NCBI GenBank assembly: GCA_963837025.1
Contig: CAWILT010000001.1
Span: 273,155-337,154 of the forward strand
DNA: 64,000 nt
Direction: 5' to 3'
DNA from: an uncultured Alphaproteobacteria bacterium
GTDB taxonomy: Bacteria > Pseudomonadota > Alphaproteobacteria > Rickettsiales > JALZUV01
Below the pieces are notes generated by a model that saw only the letters and a program-made list of their open reading frames with translations, made no database searches and was not told the origin of the DNA. The position numbers were made by a program, and so were the translations under genes. Numbering within the stretch: the first letter of the stretch is position 1; each line of letters opens with the position of its first letter. Below are positions 30,488 to 40,786 of this stretch, piece after piece.

Positions 30488-32578
30488 CTAAGGCGTAGCC
30501 CATCTAATTTTATACTTATCATCAATCTGCTCTCTAGGTTTTATTGATAAGCCAATTCGACCACGGTTACCTTGCTGTTTATCGCTACAATAGCCACGCT
30601 TTCCAAACTCTTTTCCTAAATTTGTATCTGTTAAATATGGTGCATCATAACTATGATCGGAATAATATTTATAAAATTTCTGAAGTGCGTAGTTTGGGAG
30701 AAAACCATTTGAACTTTGAATAAAAAACTCCTCAATAAAATGCAAAAAGTAATCACTATCACTACGATATTCCCGACTTGCCTTTGTAATGATTTCTGGC
30801 TCCTTGACTCCCCCATTCTCCAAAACACGCTTTAAACCTTCCAACATCCAATTTAGGATACCTGAAAGTTCTTTTGGTTGACTTAGCTTTTCAAGTAAAC
30901 GATTGTCACGCTGTGCTTCAGTAATTTTTACAGGAAAGTTAATTACCTTAACTCGGCGCCAAATACCATCATCCACCCCACTAATAGCAATATGATGATT
31001 AGCCGAGATAAAAACTTTGTATTTTGGTGTATATTCAAAATGTTCTTTATAGAGCTGACGAGCCACAATCTTCTCCCCCCCAGTAATAGTTTTCACTATG
31101 GACTCATCCAACGCTCGATCCTTATTTGGTTCGGAAGTACTTACAAAGCGCTTACCTGAGAGTCGTGCTATATCATTACGAACCCTATCTGAGCTGCTTT
31201 GTAATAACGTACTAGCCTCCATGTGCGCCGCATACTCACCGAGAACCGCAAAAATAGTCTCAGTCAAAACAGATTTACCATTTCCACCGTTACCATAGAG
31301 AGTATAAAAAGCCTGTTCACTAATATCACCTGTCAAACAAAGCCCTAAAATCTCTTGTAGATAGTCTCGTACCTCCCAAGAAGGTAAAATAGTTACCAAA
31401 AATTTATCAAATTCCGAGCATTTTGCCTTTAAATCGTAGATTACAGAAGAAAGCATTGTCGTTTTTAACTTTGGATCATGCGGTAACAAACTAAAATTTT
31501 TCAAATCTAGTAAGCCATTTTGAACATTCAAAAGGTAATCGTTGCAATCTAACTCTCCATATTCTACGGCCAAAGCAGAAGAAGAGAGCTTAATTGTCGC
31601 ATCAATTCGTGTTTTAGCTTGTGAACTTTTTGCGTGTTTGACGAGTTCTTTCTTATAATTCTCATCTGTATCAACTGCTTTTGCCTCTTCATACATTCGC
31701 AAAGCTAATTCTTTAGCTAACTCTTGAACCTTATTCAGCGTATCAAGTTTAAAACGCTTCCCATCCCATACGTACCAACTTCCATTCACATAAATAAGTT
31801 GTTCTGAATAAGCTTTTACAAAACGCTGCGAGTTCCCCAAATCACTAAGCAGCTCATCACTAGGATCATAGCGCATAACGCTATTAACGATATTTTCAAC
31901 TTCTTCATCTGATAAAGGTTCAGTGCAAGCTTCTGTATTGAGTTGCTCTAGAGCCGCCAGAATAAAGTCTTCATCATGCCCTTTGCGCCGCAAAAAACCT
32001 GCATATGATAAGAGCGAATTATTACGTTCTCCCATTGAAATTTTACCATCTTTAAGTTTCGCTTTAGAAGGCTTCTTAACTTTATTGGAGATTAATTTTT
32101 CTAAGATTTCATCTGGCAAAATTGCAATTTCTACTCCCCAATTTGCGAAACTGTATTGCTCTCCTGAAGGATGTATAGAAGGGGGCGCTACAACATAGCC
32201 TCCATCTGCTTTAACATCGACGCCCTTTCCTAAAACATTGACTCCACACTTCACAGTCTGATTGCATTGATAATAAAGATGAAAACCACCATCACTAGTG
32301 TTCACCTTCAAAGTTTCTGGTAAAGTCGCTTTAATCTCATCAAATGTTTCCAAACCACCATTCCTAGCATCGAAGTCAATAACTACTAATTCGCCGCCAG
32401 TTCTCACCCCAACATTGTTCTCAGTATTACAAAACCATTGATTAAGTTTAACTGGGTTATTTGATGCATCTTTAAAACCATGCTGGCTTGATGGAACTTT
32501 TAGCCTAGGTTTAAGTGGATGAAGCTTTAAGCCAAACTTTTGTAATTTAATAATATCTCCGTGAAGTTTACTAATCAT
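30488..32578 (-). CDS. bifunctional primase-polymerase / D5-P4-family replicative helicase
   Basis: 696 aa. N-terminal PrimPol (VIDFD, GGFHLY) + PriCT-like (GERNNSLLSYAGFLRRKG), then a D5_N-like middle region. Walker A is YGNGGNGKS and Walker B-like is FVSTSEP. Confidence 0.85.
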   Translation of the reverse strand: MISKLHGDIIKLQKFGLKLHPLKPRLKVPSSQHGFKDASNNPVKLNQWFCNTENNVGVRTGGELVVIDFDARNGGLETFDEIKATLPETLKVNTSDGGFHLYYQCNQTVKCGVNVLGKGVDVKADGGYVVAPPSIHPSGEQYSFANWGVEIAILPDEILEKLISNKVKKPSKAKLKDGKISMGERNNSLLSYAGFLRRKGHDEDFILAALEQLNTEACTEPLSDEEVENIVNSVMRYDPSDELLSDLGNSQRFVKAYSEQLIYVNGSWYVWDGKRFKLDTLNKVQELAKELALRMYEEAKAVDTDENYKKELVKHAKSSQAKTRIDATIKLSSSALAVEYGELDCNDYLLNVQNGLLDLKNFSLLPHDPKLKTTMLSSVIYDLKAKCSEFDKFLVTILPSWEVRDYLQEILGLCLTGDISEQAFYTLYGNGGNGKSVLTETIFAVLGEYAAHMEASTLLQSSSDRVRNDIARLSGKRFVSTSEPNKDRALDESIVKTITGGEKIVARQLYKEHFEYTPKYKVFISANHHIAISGVDDGIWRRVKVINFPVKITEAQRDNRLLEKLSQPKELSGILNWMLEGLKRVLENGGVKEPEIITKASREYRSDSDYFLHFIEEFFIQSSNGFLPNYALQKFYKYYSDHSYDAPYLTDTNLGKEFGKRGYCSDKQQGNRGRIGLSIKPREQIDDKYKIRWATP

Positions 32579-32801
32579 TATTGCCCCCTAGAAAATCTTT
32601 TCCATTACTTGCAATAATCCAATCAAACCATTTTTGTGGATCGATATAAATGCGCCTGCCAAGCCTTAGTAAAGCACCAGATTCCTTTAAGCCATTTTCA
32701 GATTCATTGAAAATCAGATGTCTAATTGCTCCTTCAGTAAATGCCGTTTGCGTTGCTGCGAACTGCCTAATAGTCACAAGTTGGTTTTTAACTTCAATCA
32801 T
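32571..32801 (-). CDS. excisionase/AlpA-like HTH DNA-binding protein
   Basis: 76 aa. VTIRQFAATQTAFTEGAIRHLI...LLRLGRRIYIDPQKWFDWI resembles the HTH_17/AlpA pattern. Overlaps the primase start by 8 nt. Confidence 0.6.
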   Translation of the reverse strand: MIEVKNQLVTIRQFAATQTAFTEGAIRHLIFNESENGLKESGALLRLGRRIYIDPQKWFDWIIASNGKDFLGGNND

Positions 32802-32903
32802 TGTTGATTCCTCTCATTGCCGCTTAATTGCGATAGAGAAAAGAATGACAGTTAAATAAAGAGGACAAATAGTAAATATAGGAATCCTAAAAAATTGAAT
32901 TGT

Positions 32904-33512
32904 CTACTCTTTAAAGTCGACACTTTTATATAGTGTTTTTATTTTAAGAAACTTTCTAACAGTTTCGATGTACTTATCTTTTTCAGCACTATTACTTAAA
33001 TGAGCTAAAGTATGTTTAGTGAGCTCTTCTTTAAGAACTTTTCTTTTTTCTTTATTCCAAATTTTTTGCAAGTATTCGATTGCGAACTTATTTGCGCTCT
33101 CTTTTTTTCTATCAGTAAGCCAAGATTTAGTGTTTTTGGGTAAAGTAAAGTTTATAACAGCTCTAAATTTATTAGAGATTTTGCTATGGACTTCAAACTG
33201 ATTCTCAATAGCCCAAGAAACAAAAACAGCAGGGTCTAAAACAAATTCAAATTTTTTAGGGCGCACTGAAACTAAAAACTTTTTTAAGATTCTCAGTTTT
33301 TTTGACTTTATATGAAGTTCTGCAATCTCTAATTCAGATTGTAAAATCGTAAGACTGCAAATTTCTCCATCATCACTTAGGCTATAGGGGCAAGTTCCCT
33401 TAATTATAGAGAATGCCTCGGAAATAGTCCATTCCGGTAATGATAGCCAGTACTCAAGCCCTTTTATTTTGTCGAACTCGTGTTTAATGTAAGCGTCACG
33501 AACTCTAATCAT
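32904..33512 (-). CDS. hypothetical protein (island, between int and alpA-like)
   Basis: 202-aa Lys-rich ORF. Its start overlaps the integrase stop (ATGA at 33509-33512). No recognisable domain. Confidence 0.5.
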   Translation of the reverse strand: MIRVRDAYIKHEFDKIKGLEYWLSLPEWTISEAFSIIKGTCPYSLSDDGEICSLTILQSELEIAELHIKSKKLRILKKFLVSVRPKKFEFVLDPAVFVSWAIENQFEVHSKISNKFRAVINFTLPKNTKSWLTDRKKESANKFAIEYLQKIWNKEKRKVLKEELTKHTLAHLSNSAEKDKYIETVRKFLKIKTLYKSVDFKE

Positions 33513-34570
33513 ACCCCAAATACTTTCTCATTCATACGACTCACAACTGAAGCAGTATGAGATTCGGATAGATGGGCGTAGCGTTTGACCATCTGCAGCG
33601 TTTTATGACCTAACACCTCTGCAATTTCAGCCAGTGTTGCACCATTCATTGCTAAATATGAGGCGCAAGTGTGGCGTAAGTCGTGAAAACGAAAATCTTC
33701 AATCTCAGATTTCTCTACAGCGTTCTCCCATGCGGTTCGAATATCCATTGGCTGGCACTTGCTACTTGCAGGGAATACAAACGAACAATCTAATCTTCTT
33801 ACTTTAGAGTGTGTTTGCATTAACTCTAAAGCATGACCGCGCAAGGGAAGGGAGCGGCGTTCATTGTTCTTTGTTTCAAGCAGTGTTATCATACCGCGAG
33901 TTAAATCTACTTGCTTCCATTCCAAACTAAGGAGTTCGTTTTTTCGCGCCCCTGTGCTGATGGCAAGAATAGTGATCATGTATAGATAAGGGTTTTCGCT
34001 TTGCTTGCAGGTTTCGAGTAGCGCGTTGCGCTCTTCTTCAGATAAAAAGCGAACTCGACCTCTTGATTCAGGGTATTTCTTGATTTTGCGGATTGGATTG
34101 GCTTCTGTCCATTCCCACTCATTTACTGCGATTGTGAATACATGACCTAAAGCGGTAGTGTAGCGATTGGCGGTGGTTGCACCAATCTCTTTACCATATT
34201 GGTTTTTGGCACCTACGAGCTTGTTGCGGTATTCTGTAACAAGAGCAGCACTAACATCAGCTAAAGTGTACTCACCTAGCTTCTCTTTCCAGTATTTGAG
34301 ATAGTGGCGTTGGTTGGCTGTGCTTTTCTGTTTTAGTGCCAGCACCTCCTCACCATAGCGGTCAATCAACTCGCCTAAAGTGTGCCTCTTAGCTTCAGCA
34401 GTTTTAAAGTGCCTGCCTTCTCGAATAGCTGATTCAGTAGATTGTGCCCATTTCTTCGCATCCGTAAGGCGTTTGAAGCTCGCGCTTTGGCTAGGATAAC
34501 CTTTAAGCCGAATTTTTACACGATATGACGTGGAGCCATCGTCTAATTTGCGCTTTTCTATTGATGCCAA
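33509..34570 (-). CDS. int: tyrosine-type site-specific integrase
   Basis: 353 aa. SAM-like N-domain; catalytic region with R (TGARKNELLSL), HDLRHT, LGH and the nucleophile Tyr in VKRYAHL. Confidence 0.9.
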   Translation of the reverse strand: MASIEKRKLDDGSTSYRVKIRLKGYPSQSASFKRLTDAKKWAQSTESAIREGRHFKTAEAKRHTLGELIDRYGEEVLALKQKSTANQRHYLKYWKEKLGEYTLADVSAALVTEYRNKLVGAKNQYGKEIGATTANRYTTALGHVFTIAVNEWEWTEANPIRKIKKYPESRGRVRFLSEEERNALLETCKQSENPYLYMITILAISTGARKNELLSLEWKQVDLTRGMITLLETKNNERRSLPLRGHALELMQTHSKVRRLDCSFVFPASSKCQPMDIRTAWENAVEKSEIEDFRFHDLRHTCASYLAMNGATLAEIAEVLGHKTLQMVKRYAHLSESHTASVVSRMNEKVFGV

Positions 34571-34712
34571 AATATCTCCTCACTTTTATAAATGATAGAC
34601 TAAAATAATCAAAGATAAAGGGCAACGAAATACTAAACACTGAGGTATTTACCTTATAAGCTTATAATATTTCTATTATAAGTTTATTTTTATTAAGATG
34701 GGACAGTGAAAA

Positions 34713-35210
34713 CTATGTTTTTTCATTAAGATTCTTACTAAATTCATTCTGTACTGCAATCAACTGGCTAGTCTCTTCCCAAAAATTTTTCATTGAGTCG
34801 ATACCTTTTGTGGAGTCAATTATATTAACCACATCCTTTAACTCTTTGGAGTATTCTTCAAGCAGTGCTTTCTTATTCTTCAAAATGTCAATTGGCAGCT
34901 TCTTCATAGCTTGTCGTTGAGATACCAGATTTTCTCTAAGGGTTTGCTGTGTAGTAAAGCTTGCTTCCCCTCTGTTCAAAAGTTCCATTGAGAATGCCGT
35001 AGCGTAAATATGAAAATCAGAATTAGTCTGCAAAAATAGTTCAATACTTTTTTGACGTTTCTCTGAGTTAGAGTTGATTGAGTGCGACAAAATTTCTACG
35101 GTGAAATTGAAAACTATGGTTAAAACGAACAATGCCAAAATCTGCCAGCGCGGCGTTTCAGTAGTTTTCCAAAAAACGGTTTTGGATTCTTGCTGTGAGC
35201 CTGCTTCCAT
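34713..35210 (-). CDS. hypothetical single-pass membrane / coiled-coil protein (cargo gene B)
   Basis: 165 aa. One TM helix (WQILALFVLTIVFNFTVEIL) followed by a helical Lys/Glu-rich region. Starts 5 nt after the stop of the 378-aa ORF. Confidence 0.55.
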   Translation of the reverse strand: MEAGSQQESKTVFWKTTETPRWQILALFVLTIVFNFTVEILSHSINSNSEKRQKSIELFLQTNSDFHIYATAFSMELLNRGEASFTTQQTLRENLVSQRQAMKKLPIDILKNKKALLEEYSKELKDVVNIIDSTKGIDSMKNFWEETSQLIAVQNEFSKNLNEKT

Positions 35211-35215
35211 GTTAT

Positions 35216-36352
35216 CTAAGATCCTTCGCTAATTTCAATTTTTGAGTTTAAACCAGTAGAATTAGTAACGCTATTCTTAATGATACATAATTCTTTCCAT
35301 TTTTGGTAGCCCATCATTTTTAAATCCTCGAGCACCTCTTGCTTTATATCGGCGTTACAGGTTTTAGCTATAGTGCTGTTATCCAATGAATTTATAATCT
35401 CAATATCATCTAACACCCCATCTTCAGCAAAACCCCACTCTGGTGCTAACGCAAAAAATATTGCTAAAGCTAGTGGTATAAGGTTTTGACCATATAAGAT
35501 AATTCTGCCGGGAGATTGTATTTCGATTCTTTGGTCTGGGGCATCACTCGAATGAGTTACTTCCGAAACAATGCTCAATATAGTTTTGTCATTTAAATCT
35601 AAAGCGTTACTTGTATTATGATTTCCGTGAAGAGCTGTAATAAACAGAATAAATAAGTTGAAATTGAAGCTATCTACGGCTGAAAAATCATCGGACGTGG
35701 AATTAAATTTAGAAACAAAATGCTCTTTATAGAAGTACCTATCGAACATTATATCAAGTACATGACTGTAGTGATTATTCTCAATTTGTTGAATAGTTGT
35801 AGGAGTTGAAAACTTTCTTTGAAGCCAAGTCGGAACAGTGTGTCGGGGAACCTTTTTCACCCACTTCACTTTTCTGGCTGGAATTGTATCGTTTTTGTAC
35901 TCATCTGATAGCACATCTAGTGAATATCCATCATCCTCCACGATCCCAAATAGAACGGCTTCATCATAGCTTTTGCTGGGCGCGACTATGATGTCTCCTT
36001 TTTTTATTTCATAGAAAAAATTTCTGATTTTTCCAGCTAATTGTATTTTTCTCTTGGTTGCGCGATAATCCTTTATCCCGCTAATGTTGCGTTCTGGCAG
36101 ATCGTCTGCTTTTGCCCCCTCTAAATACCATTCTTTGATTCGTTCAGACATTGTGACATGCTTAACAAAATCTATATCATTTTGTTTCTTGCCTTTAGGC
36201 AATGAAAAGCCAGGCATATCGAAAAACACAGCGGATTGAGTTTCAAAGTCTGCGTGAAACTTATAACCTTGTCCAGGAAACATGACAAAAATCTTTGTCG
36301 AATCCTCGAAAAATTTAGTTTGAATATCAATAGTTAGTTTGTTTGGACTCAT
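35216..36352 (-). CDS. hypothetical protein (cargo gene A)
   Basis: 378 aa with no family I can name. The central segment FFYEIKKGDIIVAPSKSYDEAVLFGIVEDD...ARKVKWVKKV resembles PUA/EVE-like beta-barrel motifs (weak). Two hydrophobic stretches: FNFNLFILFITAL and LIPLALAIFFALAP. Confidence 0.6.
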   Translation of the reverse strand: MSPNKLTIDIQTKFFEDSTKIFVMFPGQGYKFHADFETQSAVFFDMPGFSLPKGKKQNDIDFVKHVTMSERIKEWYLEGAKADDLPERNISGIKDYRATKRKIQLAGKIRNFFYEIKKGDIIVAPSKSYDEAVLFGIVEDDGYSLDVLSDEYKNDTIPARKVKWVKKVPRHTVPTWLQRKFSTPTTIQQIENNHYSHVLDIMFDRYFYKEHFVSKFNSTSDDFSAVDSFNFNLFILFITALHGNHNTSNALDLNDKTILSIVSEVTHSSDAPDQRIEIQSPGRIILYGQNLIPLALAIFFALAPEWGFAEDGVLDDIEIINSLDNSTIAKTCNADIKQEVLEDLKMMGYQKWKELCIIKNSVTNSTGLNSKIEISEGS

Positions 36353-36532
36353 TTAAATCTCGTTGATACTTGCTATTATTAAGTAAGGCTTAAATAGCCT
36401 GCATATTGTCGTTTGTCGAGATTAGTTGTGTTTTGTTGTCCTCAACTGCCCCATAAGTGCCCCACGGAGGTAAGTCGCCCCATGCCCCGAACCTAAGCCA
36501 TCCTATAAGTTATTGTATTATAGAGGAAAAGT

Positions 36533-36609
<77 letters not shown>

Positions 36610-36731
36610 TTACCTAAAAATGCAAAATAATTGCATACTGACGATGTAATTCTGTCAGGACAGGGTTATAGGGTTAATCATTACGTTAAGCAAGGGGGAA
36701 AGTTTACAATTTTTTAAAACTAGATTTGGTT

Positions 36732-37523
36732 TTACTCAATTTCCCAATGCAGGCAAAAGCGATAGGGGGAATGCGAATTTCCTATACTGATGGTATTATC
36801 ACCTGGAGTGAGGAGCGCTGAGTCTTTATTGCACATGGTGCCAATATGCACATTATTAACAATTGTACCGCTTCGGCTGCCTCTATCCACCACTTGCAGG
36901 CCTTCCGCGGTTTTTTGGATACAGAAATGATTGCGCGATAAGACGGAATCGTCAAATGGATAAATTTCCAGATTATTCATATTTAATGAATCGCCATCGC
37001 TAACACCGCTATTTTGCGCGCCCACGCGATAAGGCAGCTGAATCACCATGCCTTTACCGAGCTGTTGCTTTAACTCTGCCGAAAGCGGAATGAGGGACAA
37101 TCGTTTAACAGCAGGAGGCTCCATAGAAGAAAGCTGAAACTGACTTTGCTTATTAATTAAGCGCGATATTTTTTGATTGCTCTCTTGCAGACGCTCCATA
37201 AGAGCACGCAGCATTTGATTTATTTCAGGCGGGCTTTGACTGAAAAGTTCTTGCATCGCTGCACGAGAAATTTGTTTAACCGTTAACGGACCATCTGCTG
37301 CGGCAGAAGCGGAGCGGGGGCTATCATTAATAAGCCCCATTTCTCCAAACAGCTCACCCGTGCCTAAATTGCTAAGCAAAACAGTGCCTTTTTCGGTACG
37401 TTTAAAAATTTCAACATTGCCAGATACGACTAAATAAGCGAAGTCGCTTTCTTCGCCTTCACGGAAAATAAGCTCGCCATGTTTAAAATTTTGCTGTTCT
37501 AACATGGTACAGCTATAACGCAT
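36732..37523 (-). CDS. cyclic-nucleotide-binding domain + FHA domain protein
   Basis: 263 aa. N-terminal cNMP-binding motifs (FREGEESDFAYLVVSGNVEIF...GELFGEMGLI...RSASA). C-terminal FHA-like region (SRNHFCIQKTAEGLQVVDRGSRSGTIVNN). Confidence 0.7.
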   Translation of the reverse strand: MRYSCTMLEQQNFKHGELIFREGEESDFAYLVVSGNVEIFKRTEKGTVLLSNLGTGELFGEMGLINDSPRSASAAADGPLTVKQISRAAMQELFSQSPPEINQMLRALMERLQESNQKISRLINKQSQFQLSSMEPPAVKRLSLIPLSAELKQQLGKGMVIQLPYRVGAQNSGVSDGDSLNMNNLEIYPFDDSVLSRNHFCIQKTAEGLQVVDRGSRSGTIVNNVHIGTMCNKDSALLTPGDNTISIGNSHSPYRFCLHWEIE

Positions 37524-37600
37524 GAGAGTTAAGAATTAGTAAATTTTAAAATAGGAATAGCGTTAGATTACTAAACAATCACGTTTATTAAACTAAGATA

Positions 37601-37678
37601 TGGGGCGAGTGACCGGTTTCGAACCGGCGGCCTCCAGAACCACAAACTGGCGCTCTAACCAACTGAGCTACACCCGCC
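37601..37678 (-). tRNA. tRNA-His (GUG) with encoded G-1
   Basis: Reverse complement G-GCGGGTGTAGCTCAGTTGGTTAGAGCGCCAGTTTGTGGTTCTGGAGGCCGCCGGTTCGAAACCGGTCACTCGCCCCA. Anticodon loop TTGTGGT; G-1 lies opposite C73. Confidence 0.85.
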
Positions 37679-37843
37679 ACATAAGAAGCGGTAATAAATT
37701 GATTCCCCCAAAAGGTCAAGGCGCTAGAATGCATTTGCAAAAAAAATAAATAGGGGTTTTAGCGCAAATATCCTTGCACGAAATCAGGGTTGCTGCCATA
37801 TCTTTCAACCGCACTATCAAGCAATTAACATGAAAAAGCATGA

Positions 37844-38191
<348 letters not shown>

Positions 38192-38198
38192 AATTTAA

Positions 38199-38222
38199 GG
38201 CGGCTTAAAGCCGCCTTTTTTT
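38199..38222 (+). terminator. rho-independent terminator / attenuator after glnB
   Basis: ggcggc-ttaaa-gccgcc hairpin followed by a T7 run. Confidence 0.7.
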
Positions 38223-38254
38223 AAGTCACCTAATTAATAACTTAGAGGAAAATT

Positions 38255-39658
38255 ATGGGCAATAAAGTATTAGATTTAGTTAAAGAACATGATGCACAAT
38301 TTGTGGAGTTTCGCTTCACTGATCCTAAAGGCAAGTGGCAACACACAGGCTATTATGCCAAAGAAGTGGATGCTGATTTATTAGAAGATGGCATCATGTT
38401 TGACGGCTCGTCAATCCAAGGCTGGAAGGCCATTAACGAATCAGATATGATTTTAATGCCCGATGCAGATAGCGCATTCATGGATCCATTCTCTGCGCAA
38501 ACTACTGTGGTTGTTTTCTGCGATATTATTGAGCCTAGCACTGGCCAAGATTATGACCGCGATCCACGCTCAACTGCAAAACGCGCTGAAGCTTATTTGA
38601 AAAATTCCGGCATTGGCGAAAAGGCTTTCTTTGGCCCTGAACTTGAATTTTTCATTTTTGATGATGCGCGCTGGAATTTAGATGGCGGCAGCAGCTTCCA
38701 CTCATTAGATTCTGAAGAAATGCCGAGCAACTCAGGCACACCTTACGATATGGGAAATATGGGGCATCGCCCCGGTGTAAAAGGTGGCTATTTTCCGGTA
38801 GCGCCTGTGGATTCATTACAGGATATTCGTGCGGAGATGCTTTCTGTGTTAGAAACAGTCGGTATTTCACCTATCTTGCATCATCACGAAGTTGCACCAG
38901 GCCAATGCGAATTAGGCACTAAGTTTGATACATTAGTTAAATGCGCGGATAACGTGCAAAAATACAAATATGTAGTGCACAATGTGGCTGATTCTTACGG
39001 TAAAACGGCTACTTTTATGCCAAAACCAATCTCAGGCGATAATGGGTCAGGCATGCATGTGCATCAATCTATTTGGAAAGGTGACTCGCCTTTATTTGCA
39101 GGTAACGGCTATGCTGACTTATCTGACATGTGCCTGTTTTATATTGGTGGTATTATCAAACATGCTAAAGCGCTTAATGCATTCACCAATGCATCAACCA
39201 ACAGCTACAAACGTTTAATTCCGGGTTTTGAAGCACCCGTATTGTTAGCGTATAGCTCACGTAATCGCTCAGCCTCTATTCGTATTCCTTATGTGTCTAG
39301 TGCAAAAGCAAAACGTATTGAAACACGTTTTCCTGATCCAACAGCCAACCCTTACTTCGCGTTTAGTGCGCTGCTAATGGCCGGTCTTGATGGGATTGAG
39401 AATAAAATTCACCCTGGCGATGCAATGGATAAAAACCTGTATGATTTGCCCGCTGAAGAGTTAAAAGACATTCCAACCGTATGTGGTTCATTGCGCGAAG
39501 CGTTAGAATCACTCGATAAAGACCGTGAGTTTTTAAAACGCGGCGATGTATTTAGCGATGATCAGATTGATGCCTATATCGCGTTAAAAATGGAAGAAGT
39601 TTATGCGGTTGATCACACCCCATGCCCCATTGAATTTAAGATGTATTATTCAGTGTAA
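38255..39658 (+). CDS. glnA: glutamine synthetase type I
   Basis: 467 aa. [17 protein letters not shown] and NSYKRL motifs. The adenylylation-site region NLYDLP is present. Confidence 0.95.
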   Translation: MGNKVLDLVKEHDAQFVEFRFTDPKGKWQHTGYYAKEVDADLLEDGIMFDGSSIQGWKAINESDMILMPDADSAFMDPFSAQTTVVVFCDIIEPSTGQDYDRDPRSTAKRAEAYLKNSGIGEKAFFGPELEFFIFDDARWNLDGGSSFHSLDSEEMPSNSGTPYDMGNMGHRPGVKGGYFPVAPVDSLQDIRAEMLSVLETVGISPILHHHEVAPGQCELGTKFDTLVKCADNVQKYKYVVHNVADSYGKTATFMPKPISGDNGSGMHVHQSIWKGDSPLFAGNGYADLSDMCLFYIGGIIKHAKALNAFTNASTNSYKRLIPGFEAPVLLAYSSRNRSASIRIPYVSSAKAKRIETRFPDPTANPYFAFSALLMAGLDGIENKIHPGDAMDKNLYDLPAEELKDIPTVCGSLREALESLDKDREFLKRGDVFSDDQIDAYIALKMEEVYAVDHTPCPIEFKMYYSV

Positions 39659-39672
39659 TTAGCTAAAACCAA

Positions 39673-39712
39673 AGCCCCCTTAGCAAATTCATATTGCTAA
39701 GGGGGCTTTTTT
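39673..39712. terminator. rho-independent terminator between convergent glnA and hemB
   Basis: 13-bp stem agcccccttagca / tgctaagggggct, 9-nt loop, then TTTTTT. Confidence 0.75.
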
Positions 39713-39736
39713 AATTTTCAAACTTGCGGTTAAAAT

Positions 39737-40786
39737 CTATTCCCAAATGCGGCAACGGCCTAGGCTGTGCTGCATCAAAATACGCGCCACATCAACGGCA
39801 GCATACGTAAAAATACCAGTAGCCCCCGCACGTTTAAACGCCATTAGATGCTCCATCATAACAGCGTTTTCATTTATCCAGCCTTTTTCAGCGGCAGCTT
39901 TAACCATCGCATATTCTCCTGAAACCTGATAGGCAAATACTGGGATAGAAAAATTCTCATGCACCCGGCGTACTACATCTAAATAGGGCAGGCCGGGCTT
40001 GACCATAATCATATCAGCACCTTCGGAAATATCGAGTGACACTTCTTTCAGAGCTTCATCGCCATTTGCCGGATCCATCTGATAATCGCGTTTATTAGCA
40101 CTACCCAAGTTGCCTTTTGAACCAACCGCATCGCGAAATGGGCCATAGCAGCTTGAGGCATATTTGGCGGCATAAGATAAAATACTCACATTCTCAAAAC
40201 CCGCTTCATCAAGCGCCTGGCGAATAAAACCAATACGGCCATCCATCATGTCAGATGGCGCAATAATATCAACGCCGGCTTTAGCTTGCGTAATGGCCTG
40301 CTTGGCTAAAATTTCAAGTGTAGAATCATTATGCACTTTACCATTTTCAATCAACCCATCTTGGCCGTGGGTGGTGTAGGGATCGAGTGCAACATCACCA
40401 ATAATACCTATATTGGGCACTTCTTTTTTAATCGCCGCAATGGCGCGACACATTAAGTTATCCTCATTAAAAGCTTCATCGCCTTTTTCAGATTTCTTAT
40501 CTTGCGTAATCACGGGAAATAACGCAATAGCGGGAATTCCCAGCTCGCGCGCTTCAAAAACTTGTGGAATCAGTTCATCAATCGTAGAACGAAAAACGCC
40601 GGGCATAGACTCAACGGGAGTGCGTGTTTTTTCACCCTCTTGCACAAAAACCGGCCACACTAAATCATGCACTGTAATATGGCTTTCAGCCACCATTGCA
40701 CGCATCCAGCCATGTTGACGGTTGCGGCGCATACGCACTTGGGGGAACTGGCCTTGTCGGCGATTGTATTTTTGGCTAGTCATCAT
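39737..40786 (-). CDS. hemB: porphobilinogen synthase (delta-aminolevulinate dehydratase)
   Basis: 349 aa. RMRRNR N-terminal motif, active-site lysine region MVKPG, and PVFAYQVSGEYAM. Confidence 0.9.
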   Translation of the reverse strand: MMTSQKYNRRQGQFPQVRMRRNRQHGWMRAMVAESHITVHDLVWPVFVQEGEKTRTPVESMPGVFRSTIDELIPQVFEARELGIPAIALFPVITQDKKSEKGDEAFNEDNLMCRAIAAIKKEVPNIGIIGDVALDPYTTHGQDGLIENGKVHNDSTLEILAKQAITQAKAGVDIIAPSDMMDGRIGFIRQALDEAGFENVSILSYAAKYASSCYGPFRDAVGSKGNLGSANKRDYQMDPANGDEALKEVSLDISEGADMIMVKPGLPYLDVVRRVHENFSIPVFAYQVSGEYAMVKAAAEKGWINENAVMMEHLMAFKRAGATGIFTYAAVDVARILMQHSLGRCRIWE

